A stretch of DNA of 64,000 nt from Leucoraja ocellata (taxonomy: Eukaryota): NCBI GenBank assembly GCA_036785375.1, contig JAWMAR010000023.1, forward strand, positions 6,634,001 through 6,698,000, read 5' to 3'. The translations under genes and the position numbers were made by a program. Positions 63,720-64,000 of this stretch are shown piece after piece. Position 1 is the stretch's first letter. Each line of letters opens with the position of its first letter. The notes under the pieces were generated by a model that did no database searches, was not told where the DNA came from, and saw only the letters and a list, made by a program, of their open reading frames with translations.

Positions 63720-64000
63720 GTAAGTAACTCATGGTTTGCTGTATAACTTGGTTGGAGACATCAGAAAACAAGCAGTAGCGAATCGGTACCAAGTTTTACA
63801 TTCAGCTGAAATGTGTGGAAAAGGACACCAGGTTTAGTCTAAAATCTGCTGCTGTTGCGCTTTTTGCCTCTGTCAATCAACAACCGTCTATTGTGCTTTT
63901 TGCAAAGTGAATTTATCTCTGCCAGTCTCCTGTTAACCAGTTGTGTCCCAAGTTCTGCTCATTTGTGTTGGTTGATTTCAAACAATAGCCCGGCTTCAGT

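Overview
AT-rich vertebrate genomic DNA. The repeat content (CR1, Rex1/Babar and RTE LINE remnants, Penelope-like elements, V-SINE/DeuSINE-type SINEs) suggests a cartilaginous fish, probably a skate or ray; this is inference. Three genes can be assembled by hand with canonical GT-AG junctions. (1) A complete ERRFI1/MIG6 (+): putative non-coding exon 1 near 27.2-27.3 kb, CDS exons 33956-34077, 34837-34922 and 35490-36646, 454 aa. (2) A complete six-exon T1R taste receptor of the TAS1R1/2-like branch (-): 60826 to 50723, 837 aa. (3) The first two exons of a TAS1R3-like receptor (+), starting at 62194, head-to-head with gene 2 across about 1.37 kb. Each T1R gene has an octamer (POU) motif about 110-130 bp upstream of its ATG. 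The most striking non-coding signal is a 141-bp retroposon (7746-7886) with a perfect 11-bp target-site duplication. Its first 54 nt fold as a minimal CPEB3/HDV-like self-cleaving ribozyme that starts exactly at the insertion boundary. Other signals are many dispersed Penelope-derived repeats carrying a minimal hammerhead core, a ~255-bp inverted duplication inside ERRFI1 intron 1, and an orphan CpG-rich promoter-like island with E2F/CHR/MYB motifs at about 47.3 kb. No prokaryotic features, CRISPR arrays, rRNA or tRNA genes were seen. Repeat boundaries are approximate; exon boundaries were counted from the sequence.
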